A DNA stretch of 64,000 nucleotides from Lytechinus pictus (taxonomy: Eukaryota): NCBI RefSeq assembly GCF_037042905.1, contig NC_087256.1, forward strand, positions 26,474,001-26,538,000, written 5' to 3'. Of this stretch, positions 12,655 to 25,400 are shown in pieces. The number at the start of each line of letters is the position of its first letter. Within the stretch, counting starts at the first letter, position 1. Below the pieces are notes generated by a model. The model made no database searches, had not been told where the DNA came from, and was given only the letters and a program-made list of their open reading frames with translations. Made by a program: the position numbers and the translations under genes.

Positions 12655-13036
12655 AGATAAATTCCAGTTCTGGTAACGATCTCAAAATTACTTTTTACAG
12701 AATCTAATATAATGACCTTTTTTATGAATAAAAAATATGTGCCAAAGGATTCTGGAAGAAATTGTGTAATTGCTGAGAAATAAGTAAAATAAGTGCGGAT
12801 TCGGTCACTTCCGTCGGGTCTTTATTCCAGCAATAATAAAACACTGTCCCACGTGTGCCTATCTGTGTTGGTGATCTTCAGAGTGAACATTTTTCAGCGT
12901 AGATTTCAAGATTTCACGAAGTTCAGTTTATGTAACTGTACCAGATCTACATCCTCGATGATATACTGACAATTAAGCCTGGTTTTACAGACTTTCTCAT
13001 GAAATCAGTGTTTACTGCAACTACTGGCATTTCTCT
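12655..13036. mobile_element. Kolobok-type MITE, family C (uninterrupted copy)
   Basis: agataaattccagt ... actggcatttctct|ttaa; same family as 18201-30424 and shows the empty site ctgtacCAGatctac. Confidence 0.8.
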
Positions 13037-13384
13037 TTAAAATTGTTGAAGATTCATAACATATTTGTTAAGCGTTTTGATGCGATATCGATTTATGATA
13101 TAAAATCATTCTCCGAAAAGCAAAATGAAGCTCACAGCCAAAGCAAGTGATTCGTCCTTCATCATCAGGTACATTGCGTAATACCTTGGGAGACCCAGCT
13201 GGGCCATTGTGGGGCAGTTCGCCCCCCTTTAAGAGATTGTTCTGTTAATTTCAATTTCATCCCCTTGTTAATGTTGATGTTTACATGACATCCTAAATAA
13301 ATTGCACTACACATCTATGTGTTTTCAATTTCTTTCCAGACCATTTCTACGTTGCAAGTGTTCTATAAATAAAGTAGAAGCAGG

Positions 13385-13492
13385 ATGGCTCCAAAGCGGC
13401 AATACACCATGAAGGAGGTCTTTGAAGAGTGTCAACAAGGTCTTCATACACACAGCAAGTTGATGACAGCACTGCTAAAAAATTATCAGCAG
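13385..13492 (+). CDS. NCAPG: NCAPG coding exon 1
   Basis: MAPKRQYTMKEVFEECQQGLHTHSKLMTALLKNYQQ then gtaaaa. Confidence 0.85.
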
Positions 13493-16400
13493 GTAAAATA
13501 TTTGAAAATATAAAAATATATCCTTTGAAAAAAATATTCAAGTAAGTTATTGTTTCCAAGTGAAGCCAGACATGTCCCTGTCAACATCTCCTGAATGGTT
13601 CAGTTGACAATGCACAAAACACACACAAACTCAAACCCCCATTCCACAGAGAGCAAGACCTCTGAAAAACTGCTATAAGACTATGAAACTTGCTTGATCC
13701 TTCAAAGATCTTTCCACGAGCTTTTAAAGATCTCTGAGGTCTTTCACAATTCCTGATGGACCTTTCAGTGGTCTTTGTGGTTCGCATGATTCCCAAAACT
13801 TTTTGAAACAGTTTAAAACAGTCTTTCAGGAGAATGGTCTTTTGGTGGTCTTTCGGCGGTCTTCCAATGAACTTTCAAAGGTCTTAGTCTTTCCATGATC
13901 TTTCGACAGTCTCTCAAGGTTTTTTGCAGAGAGCAATTTAAGACTCATGAAACATCATTGAAAGGCCAGGAAAAGTCCATGGAAAGAATAATGAATGATC
14001 ACTTATTGCATAAAAGATCTCTGAAAGACAATTGAAAGATATCTATAGGACTAGTCTAATTTCAGTACAAGAAGTATAAATTAGTCTTTCAGAGTTCTTT
14101 GAGGGGTCTTTCTGAGCCATGTCACAGAAATTTCAGTGATCTTGGAGACTGCTGTCTTTGTAAGACCTTGCCAATTTTTGGTCTTTCAAAGGTCCTTCAA
14201 AGGTCTCACCTCTGTGGAATGGGGACCTTACATGTATGCATTGAGTGAGGCCATGAGCTACAATATTGGACACCATGTTTCTTATTCTCAAATACATCCC
14301 ATTTTCATTTCAGCTGCTGCAAAGTTGACATATAATATGCTTACTCTCAAGTAAATTCGTTCCAACATGAATTGAAATGATTGAATCACAGTTTATTCCT
14401 CGTTTTTCTTTTAAGGCCGAGGATAAAGCAGCATTCAATGATGAATTTGCTGGATACCTGAAGTATTCGATGGTCATCTTCAAGCGGGAACCCGCCGTTG
14501 AACGAACCCTGGACTTTGCTGCAAAGTTTGCTGCGTCGTTTGGCGTTGAAGAAGGAAAGGAGAATCAATCAGAGGACGAAGCAACTTTCCTCACGTTCCT
14601 CTTTGATTTTCTCTTGAAGGTAATACTTGCCCACCCAAGTGACTCACCTTAAAAAGTTGAAACCCACAATAAGTGGCAGGAATTTTTCTCTGTAATAAGC
14701 CACTAGGTCATGAATATTTGTTATTTGATCAATCAAGTGATGGTAATAAATCCTTTCTCCTTTTTATGGTAAACCTGAATCGTTAGAATCACCCAAAAAG
14801 TGTCGAGTGCAAAGTGTAAAATTGGGAAAAGAAACAGAAACCTGTACTGATACCAAAGCTTATTTTGTTTCTAGGTTCCATATCTGTCAGAAATAGTCTA
14901 TTTTGGTTTCTGTAAGGAGTAAAGCTGTGCTGGTTCTCATACACATTGGTAATATTTGATCTGATACATTCAAAATTACTACTCTTTGATTTGAATGTGA
15001 TATTTCGTATTTCAGGATTTTGAAAATTTTAATGGTGCAAGGCCACTTTCCATTAGGGCACTTTTCTACATAAAAGCAGAAATATGTATGAAACTTTAAA
15101 AAAACACAATATCCATGTCCAATGAGAGGGACATCTGGGGCAAACAATCAATAAGGGCACCCAAAGCCATGGCCTCTGGTGGCTTTAGATTAATTTGAGC
15201 CCTGCTTTATCTGAAGACACATTGTCATTGCAAATCATGTATGTATTTATCTTGGATTAGTCCCACAATGGGCGTGACCGTGCAGTGCGGTTCCGTGCTT
15301 GCCAGATGATCAACAAACTCCTGTCCAACCTAGGGGAGGAGGCTCAGATCGATGACGACCTCTATGATCGTATCTATCGCTGTATGCTGGCCAGGGTCCA
15401 AGACAAGTTTCCTGCCGTGCGAGTCCAGGCGGTCATGGCACTTGCTCGTCTCCAGGATCCTTCTGATCCCGACTGCCCAGTGATTAAAGGTTAGTTTTCT
15501 TCAACTTTCAATCCAATCACTCCTTGCAATAATTTCTCAAGAAGATAAAAGGGTTTTGGAATACCATCTTAGAACTAGGCCTGTTGCGATTGCCCTTTTT
15601 GACATTCGATTGTTCAAACAATCAAATATCTTGAACAATCGAGATTCCTGGATTATCCGAAATCACAAAAAATATTCACCTTTGCACATGACCTATCTGG
15701 GGTCTCACATCATGAGCTTGTTGACTCAGTTGTGTGTCCTGTACAGCTCTTACGACATGCACATCAACTCGGCTGAATGATGCGCGGTCGCCAATGCAGA
15801 CATCATTATCATGTCTTGAAAGAATGACATTGTTGGAATTCATTAAATTTTACCATAAATTTCATTTGTTATCTTGTTCTTTCTTGTCAAATGACAAAGA
15901 CTATAACCATACACTTTTGAAGACCGAATGTCTCGAATCAGTAATTAACAACATTCGATCAGTGTGAAAAGAAGTATTCAGTTGCCTAAAGTTGGGACAC
16001 TGATTGAGTGCATCAATTGTTTGAGTTCTGCTCCCAAGCCTACCTAGAACCTCTGTCAGCAGAATTTTGAGGGCAGCATGGCATATGATTGCTAGCACGT
16101 AGGCTTCTATACATGTCATGCTCAGACCTCTTGGCTACACAGCAGCCAGCAAATATGAGTGGGGCTCTCTGTAAAACTTGTTACACCTCCTTTAAATATG
16201 CCCTAATTACCAAGGAGCAGTAAGAACCAGACCAAGTCAATACAATGGCCCAGGCTCTGGCCAAATGTTTGCTATTCACTTGGAGATGATATTCATGAAA
16301 GAAGAACCGAACCTCGTAATAATTGCTTCATGTGTTAGTTGAATTTCTGAAGCATTGTACATTCTGCCAAATGAATGGACACAAATATGCAATAAGAATA

Positions 16401-19400
16401 TGAAAGAATAACCGAAATAGTACTAGTTATGATTGACAAGAATAGAAAAATTCATTGTAATAAGACCATTCATGGCCACATTAATATTATCAGAGGCATT
16501 ATCACGCAACATTGATTTGCCCCTTCTTGATTACTCACTGCGCTATAGCATACCTTTATCTGATGGAGAAGGATGTGAACTTTGAGGTGAGGAGAACAGT
16601 CCTGTCCTGTATCGCTCCTGCATCCCAGACCCTTCCAGCCATTCTGGAGCGAACCAGGGACATCAAAGATACTGTCCGTAAGATGGCTTATCAGGTAATT
16701 GCAGGGAATTATTTTTCTTACCAAATTTTATTAACATTTTTGGTTTTAAGAGAAATTCAATTTCTGTACAGTCTTAAATAAAAAATCTGCTACACAACAG
16801 ACTTTTTGTTCAGCAGTCTTTTTAAAAAATCTGGAGCAAATTGTGATGCGATACCTACATGTAAGCCCTGTTCCGTAAAAAGTTATTTCTATGGTAACTT
16901 TGCATTCCAATCGTAATTAGCATGGTAACATGACCAATCAGCCAATCAAAATAAAGAATTAATGAAAGTTACTATTGGATGGCAAAGTCGCTAGACTATT
17001 AACAGTACCTTTTATGCAATTTTGCCCTAAAAAAGTTATTCCCTGGGTAAAGACATTGTTCAATGTTAATAGTTGTAGTCCGTTAGGCTATTATTGCAGA
17101 CTGGTTTGACTTGAGCTATATTCTTTGTATGATTGCAAATATAGCTTAGCAAGCCCCAAATTTTGAACACTTTTTTTTTCTTTTACTATCTACATTGTAT
17201 GTTTACGTACATGTATGTTTATTAAGGGTTTTGTTTATATAATCATATTGACAAAAAAAATCATCACTTCTGGGCAGGTTTAAATTGTAAGAGTTTTGTA
17301 TGTGGTAATTCCATAAAATATATATGTCTGACCTCCTATATATGTACATGTATGTGGAACCTTCTTGAACTTATCTGTCTCTGTTTTCTGCATGTAGTTT
17401 ATAATTTGAAAAGTTGTTATTCCATCAAATCATCATGACTGGAGCTGTTCATAAAGGGAAATAAGAATGGAAAAACATGGGGGGGGGGCATGGACATTAC
17501 AAAATGTGGATTGTTTTATGGAATTGCCCATTGATAGTTGAATCTGTTTGACCCTGTTTGATTTGTTTGAATTTAGGTTCTATCAGAGAAGGTTCATGTG
17601 AGATCCCTCACCATATCACAGAGGATCAAAGTCTTACAGTCTGGACTCACTGATCACTCAGGTATGAAAGTGTTTTGAGTTATAATATGTTCAATTCAAT
17701 TCAATTCAATTCGGTTTATTAGATATAAAACAGAATACAATGCTGTAGTCCGAAGACTAATTGTGCAATGTTTACATTGATTATTATTTACATTTGAAGA
17801 TTGTATATACACTTAAAAAAATGATTCACATATAAATGAGAAACAGTTGGTTGATTAATTGAGTCATGCATAAGTGAGATTTCAGTAGATATTACTAGCA
17901 AGAATTCTGATAATTGTGTATTGGGGAAAAACCTGTTTTAAACTTACAATTATACAACAAAAAGGTCAGAAATATAATTCAGATTTGATATTCATTATGA
18001 AGAGATTTAGAATCAAGTTATTGCAACAGGATTAATCATAGTTATAGAACATTTAAATAATAATAATAATAACATTTGAGATATGAAATCCATTAAGAAT
18101 GGAACCAAGATTACTTTGAGATATGCGATTGAGGCTGATAAAATAATTCATAATAATTCTTTAAAAAAAATCAAAATTAACAATTAAATGTTGTGATTAA
18201 AGATAAATTCCAGTTGTGGGGACGATCTCAAAATGACTTTTTACAGAATTTAATATAATGATCACCAAAGTGTCTGTTTGTATGAATAAAAAATATGTGC
18301 CAAAGGATTCTGGAAAAAATTGTGTAATCGCTGAGAAATAAGCAAAATAAGCGCGGATTCTGTCACTTCCGTCGGGTCTTTATTCCTGCAATAATAATAC
18401 ACTGTCCCACGTGTGCCTATCTGTGTTGGCGATTTTCAGTGTGATCGTTTTTTAGCTTAGATATTATGATTTCACAAAGTTCAGTTTATGTAACTGTACC
18501 AGGGGCCTGTTTCACTAAGCGCTAAGACGCGTCTTAAGCATCCATAAGTCCGGTTATAGGACTTAGTGTAAGATGCATCTTAGCGGGAGTTTCACAAAGA
18601 CCACTAAGACGCGTACCGTACTTTGTACCCATTTAACTAAGTTGCATACAGAGCGTAGCCTACGTCTCGTCGAGACGAGACGTAGGAACTGTTCTTAGTG
18701 TAATGTCATGTGATAAATTTCGCGCCAAATTTGAAAGTTTTTTCGAATTCTCGATGATGGCCGACCTCCAAATATTGATGGCCGATCGGGTGGCCAGAGG
18801 GCTTTGTCGAGAGCGTGTTTTTCGCGACAGGCAAAACCCTCTAGATAGATTTAATGAGGATGAGATGTACGAGAGGTATAGATTTTCCAGAAGAGGTGTT
18901 ATGCAACTGTTAGATATCTTGGCTCCGCGATTGGATCGGGAGACATCCAGAAGCCATGCCATTGATGGACGGATGCAAGTGTTTACGGCGCTGCGTTTCT
19001 ACGCCAGTGGCACCGTGCACCACAACCATGGTGACCATCACGGCATCAGCAAGGCCAGCGCAAGCAGGATTGTCCGCCGCGTTAACCGTGTTCTGGGACG
19101 GATGAAAGATGAAGTCATCAAATTCCCAACAACCCCTGCTGAAGTTGCAGCCAGTCAAGCCGACTTCTACGCTGTAAGCGGTATGCCCCGAGTTGTGAGT
19201 GCCGTGGATTGCACTCACGTTTTGTTGAGGGGTGCAAGGTAGGTCTATTTCATTTGATATATTATAACATGTATTTAAAGCATTATAGAGCCTGTGGTAT
19301 GTCACACGCTAGGATAGGCCATCGGGGAGAGAGTACACCCTTATAAAAAGGTACCATGAAATTACCATGGTAACTATGGTTCTTTTTTCCAAATTACCAT

Positions 19401-22400
19401 CCACCATAAGAACCATGAAAACATGGTATCAAACCATGGTAATTCCATGCCCTAAAAATGATCATGAAATTACCATGGTTTGATACCATGATTAGGCTTA
19501 CCATGGTTTTTATGGTGGATGGTAACTTGGACAAAGACCCATGTTACCATGGTACTTTTTATAAGTGTTTGTGGGGTAAAATATTGTAACCATGCGCGTG
19601 TGAACAAACAAAATTGAATAACCTGCAAAAAGTTGCGCTGTGTAACATGTTAAACCCAGGTGTGGGTCCAGGGGGGGGGGCAGGGGGTCTTGCCCCCCCC
19701 CCCCCTCCTCGCCAAAGAGAGAGAGGGAGAGAGAGAGAAGGAAAGGGAAAGAGGAGAGAAAGGGAAAGAAAGAAGAGGAAGCAGAAAAGAAAAGGGGGAA
19801 ATAAGAAGATCGGGGGGTGGGGGGGGGGGCGAAAGTTCCTTTCCTCCCAGGCTGTTGACTCCCCCCCCCCCCAGAAAAAAAAACAAGAGAAGGAAAAGGA
19901 AAGAAAAAGGAAAAGAGGAAATGGGAAGGAAATAAAGTGGAAGAAGCCAAGAAAAAGGGAATATCAGTTGCGATTTTCCCCCTTAACAAGGTGTGGCTCG
20001 GGGGGAGCGGGAGGGGCCGAAAAGCTATTGCTTCCCCCCCCCCTTCCGTAAAAAAAAGAGAGAGAGAGATAGAAGGAAGGGAAAGAGTAGAGAAAGTGAA
20101 AGAAAGAAGGGGAAGCAGAAAAGAAAAGGGAGAAAGGAGATCGGGGGGCGCGGAAGGGCCTTGTGCCTTCCAGGCTGTTGCCTCCCCCCCCCCCCCCCAG
20201 CAAAAAAAAAAAGATAGCAGGAAGGAAAGGGAGAGAAAAAAGGAAAAGAAGAGATAAAGGGAAGGAAATAAAGTGGAAGAAGCAAAAAAAAAGGCGGATA
20301 TCAGTTGCGATTTTCCTTGCCAACAAGGGAAAGGGAAAATATAGAGGAAGAAGAAAAGAAAAGGGGGAAAATAAGGAAAGATCATTTGCGATTTTTATCG
20401 CTTCTTCTATCATCATTGTACAAATGTATTTATTTATTTATTTATGTCTGTTATGTCCTGTTTGATAACAAAAATATGAATATAAACTCATAACAGCAAC
20501 AAAACAAAATGGAGAAAAAACTATTTTGCAGGCAGAAAGAAACGTAAAAGTAATCTTACTGCAATGGAGATTCTAAAATAAATAACATAATGGTTAATTT
20601 TTTCTCAACATTTTGCAGGAAAAAATTCTAGTTCACGATATATGGTTAAATAATTTTCTATTAATAACTGACTGCAACTTCTTTATTCATTAAACCAATC
20701 CATAGATACGGAGACGACGCATACGTGTATGTAAATAGAAAACGGCAGAAATCCATCAATGTACAACTGATGTGTACCACAAAGTACAAGATCACCAATG
20801 TGGTTGCAAGGTGGCCTGGATCGACCCATGATAGTCGGATCCTCACACACAGCAACATTGCTGCAGAGTTTGAGACTGGCAGAAAGGAAGGCGTCCTCGT
20901 TGGTGACAGTGGATACCCCCTCAAGCCTTGGCTGATAACACCAATCCCAAATCCACAAACACCTGCAGAATATGCCTATAACAGGCAAGTATTATAATAC
21001 AATAAAATTGCAAACTCAACCCAAACTAGAAGGTGGTATTTCATAATATTGTCGAATCATCTACAATGCTATCTAGTGCAGATATTAATGTACCAATTTA
21101 TTAGAATAGAAGAAAAATAAAGAGGAAGAGCGGGTGGAATGGAATATGATGAAGAGAAGAAGAGAAAAAAGGTGAAGGAAGTAAGAGGATGAAGAGGGGC
21201 AAAAGAAAGACAACTTGAATACCAAAGGAAAGCGGTATATTTTAAACACTGTAATGATACTCGAGACCAAGCGTAACATTTTAACGTTATGCAATGTATT
21301 TATCACATTTTTGAAACTGGAAATATGTTGAAATTTTCAATATTGTCTTTCAAAAAGCTTCAAAAACCAAACTTGCTTCACATCTACTGTAGATAGCAAT
21401 GTCAAAATCCAAATAGCAAATCTGGCTCTAACTTAACATAAATTAGCAGTAGATCATTTGATAGTAATGGCAGGACCACCTGTTTATCGCTTTTATTTTT
21501 TTATTTCTCAGCGTTTTAAGGGAATTACTAGTGATTTAAGAGCAACATTCAACATTTTGAAAAGAACGTTTTTCATTTTATATTTTCAGAGCTCATCCAA
21601 AAACGCGGGTCTTCATAGAACAGGTGAACGGGCAACTTAAGGCAAAGTTTCCGTGTCTTGCTGTTGGGCTTCGCGTGGAACCGAAACACGCATGTCGTAC
21701 CATCGTTGCCTGCGCAGTTCTGTTCAACATGGCCAAAGAGATGGGAGAACCACATGACTACTTTGTTCAGCCTCCTCCAGATCCAGCAGATATCAATGAC
21801 TACCAAGGTCAACCTGGTGCAGTCGCCATTGCAGTTCGAGACCAAATTGTACAAGAATTTTTCTGAATGTTTATTTTGGTTCCAATTTTTTGAACTCTAG
21901 AACTTAGGAACGGAGTAAGGTATTGTGATGAAACTTGGTATTTGTATGTATGATTGTGTAAGTTTCAGGCGGAGGCATGTTTCTCAACTGCACGGTAAAA
22001 TTGACTGATATCTGAATTATCTCATCAAATCAAATATCACTATTTATTTAACAGTTTTTTCTACAACAGGATATATTCAGGCTGGTACACACAAGTTGTA
22101 CGTAATGTGACAGCAAATTTGAATTTGTTACATGCCAGTTATTTAACTTCATTACACTCAAAACTAGCAAAGAAAAGACAGCTTTTGCTGTGGATTGTCT
22201 GTAAAGCAGCAGTAGTATTTATTATTCTGATAAAAATAACATTCCATTTCTACCATAGTAGACCATAACCGTAGCAGATAATATTCTTCTTGATTGATAA
22301 GAGTAAAAACTTGATAATATCAAACAACCTAAATTACATAATATAGGAGTTGTATGATGCCTCACAAATGTTAGCTAAACATGTGGATATATTAAAATGC

Positions 22401-25400
22401 TCTCACCTGTCTACCCATTGAATGTCAAAGGTTTCCTGTTATTAACTAGTCTTTCGGTGTCATCACAAAATATCTTTAAAAATTTACAGAAGGGTGAACA
22501 CTAATAAATTATGTTAAATGGTGTGGCTCAGTTGATTTACAGAAATACTGTATTGTTCGTAATAGACGCACCCCCCTCCCCCTTATTCTTCACTTGAAAG
22601 AACAAATGAAAGATAGTTTCCTTGAATAAAATGGGTCTGCAGTTAAGTTTCCTGTTCACAAAATAATACAGTTACTAATTTATAAATGATGTCCGTGTTT
22701 TGATCAGCACGTGACCTAACGAAATTGAACTGAAATTTGGTGTACCTTTGACTGTTGTTATTTGTTAGTCTTAAAAAACATGACTTGATATATATGACAC
22801 AGAGACCTGTATATATCATATAATAAGACAGTAAAGGCTCTATGAAGTGTTGGGAACTCCACAAAATTTATGACAAAAATTCCCCTAAATTGCATAATGA
22901 AGTGAAAGAAGATATCATTTAACACACATTTATGCAATAGTTTTCAGAACAAATGTGTTAGAAGATAGATATTGATGAAAGAATACAAAATTGAGGTTTA
23001 CTGCGTACAACAGAAAACCTGAATTTTTTCTCTTCAATCATATTTATAATGAATATCATTCCAGAAGTGTCTCTTAAATGACATCCTCTTTCACATCATT
23101 ATAACAATTTAAGTGAAAATTTGCCATGAAATTTTTGGTGAATTTTCATCTCCCAACACTTTAGAGAGGCTTTAATAAAGGAGGAGCTGCTGAATATAAT
23201 TAATTTGGGAGGTTGCAAAATTCACCTCAAAATTTTGTATAACATTATGGAGAAAAAAATGATTAATAGCGCCCTTGCTGAGTTGAATTAAGGAGATCTA
23301 TGGCTGAGGGTTGATTTGCTAGGGTATTGTGGATACTCCTTAGCTCTTCCAAAATTGATTCGCTTACATGTAATTGCTTCTGTTTAACTATTAATTTGGC
23401 CTGTTGTATTCTCAGCAGCTCCTCCTGAATTTCTAATTGCCTGATCTGTGCAGGTCTCTGTGTCAAAATTTCTCGCGACTGATTAGACTGGATAGACCGA
23501 GGCTGAGGCTGAGGCAGAGACTGGGGTTGGGGCTGAGGCAGAGGCTGGGGCTGAGGCAGAGGCTGACACTGATAACCACTTGGGCCTGAAACATCTTCAT
23601 TATACAAGCTCAGATCCGTAGCCTCTGAATCCTGTTCACAAATACACAACAATATAAATTAATTCATAAAACAAGAAAAAATTGGTATCTCAGATTTTGC
23701 AATTGCTATATCAATGAATAGGAGTTAGCAACTGTGATTGTAATGAGTCAAATTTAACATTTTTAGTCTTCCTGAAAACTTTACAAATGTAAAGATTCCC
23801 ACAATTTTTTATTTACTGGTATGACCTAGTATGGTTCTGATTTTGTAAAATGGGACCAAAATGTTAACTGCCTGTGCATAACATGAAGACAACTAATGGT
23901 TTTCACAAGCAAAATAATTCTGACAAAATAAGACTGATGGATATTAGATGAAGACCTTATTATTGAACATGCCATCCAGACCCATCCCAATTTAAAGCTA
24001 TCATCACTTATAGCTCATGTCCCATAACACTTGGTATTGATACACATATTACTTCTGGAAGTCTCCTGGGGGAGGGGTTAGGGGGGAATACTCAGAGATT
24101 ATGAAACTGTAAGAATGCATGACACGCCCATTAATGAATAAACTTAAACTTTGCATAAAACGCCCATTAATGAATAAACTTAAACTTTTGAAAGATTCAT
24201 TTCTTTCTTATTTGCATTCTCAAACTTTCACTGAATTCTTTCTCTAATATTTCTGATTATATTAAAACCAATTTAATATTACCGGGACTAAAATAAGAAA
24301 CACTATAAAATTTCAATGCTTTTGAATGTCCTTAAAGAATACCTGTGAATTTTGCTCATCTTCTGGCAAGATTCCGTTGACAACTTCTTTGGCCAAAATT
24401 GCCAAAACTCGCTCGTGTATGTCATTGTTCTCTGGTGGTGGTCCACCACCTGGAAAGTAAAGAAATTGTAGAAATATATAATTAGGCATAAGAGTATTTG
24501 AAGTTTTGAACTATTGGGCTTTAACTTCAACAAGATTTCCACTGTATAGATGATTAAGATTTAGGACTGGCTGGGAGGGGGGGGGGGGCACACTCACATT
24601 GGGAAGCAGTACAGGTATGTGCCGCCCTCAAGAACACCCTTTTTTCAGGCAACTTTTCCGCTTCAGAGACACAACATTTCCAGCTCTTTTCAGTTCCAGA
24701 GACCCAACCTTTTATTTCAGACTTCTTTGGGTTTTTTTTTCTCTCAAAAAAGCTCTAAATCAGCTGAAAACTGCCGTTCCAAAGGACCAATTTTCAGAGA
24801 TTGTAGTTGCGAAGATTCAACTCAGGGAGGCACATAATACCTAACCAAATAATTTTTAAGTACCCTCCCAAGGTAATGACTATAGTATCCTCCCAAGGTA
24901 ATGGCTATCTGAAATTTTGCATCCCCAAAGAAAAACCAGCTTGACCCAGGCTAGCAGAGAGGTTATTTGTCTCATTGGTATCATTATGTACATAAATCAA
25001 ATACTTTGGATTTAATTGGCCCTGGCAAGAATTATTAGTCTGGTCTGTTAGCGAAATTATGTGGACACGGTGGACAAAAGCATGATTTTTTCTCCAGACC
25101 TTTGTTTATGTATAAGAATTAAAAATGGGGTATGCTCCAAAAAATGGTAACAGTGTATTATGGCAAAAATAAGGTACAAATCTTGCAATTAGAACTACTT
25201 CCTCTGTTTTCATCCGATTCTCATGAAATTTGGCACACACATTGGTCTTGAGGTAAAGATGTCTAAAACACATTTTTGTGTGTCTTTCAGAAATCTTGTT
25301 GCCATGGTAACAACATATCATTTGGTGAAAATTGGTTTAAAAAAAGATTTGTACCTTATTTTTGCCATAATACACTGTTACCATGGCAACACAATTTCCA

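Noticed and set aside
19510-20493. Cluster of overlapping ORFs up to 291 aa
   Set aside because: Purine/pyrimidine low-complexity repeat inside a transposase intron; no domain signal.
17661-21866. NCAPG-transposase fusion by splicing
   Set aside because: NCAPG exon 5 ends in phase 1, whereas transposase exons 2 and 3 need a phase-2 donor; the join would be out of frame.
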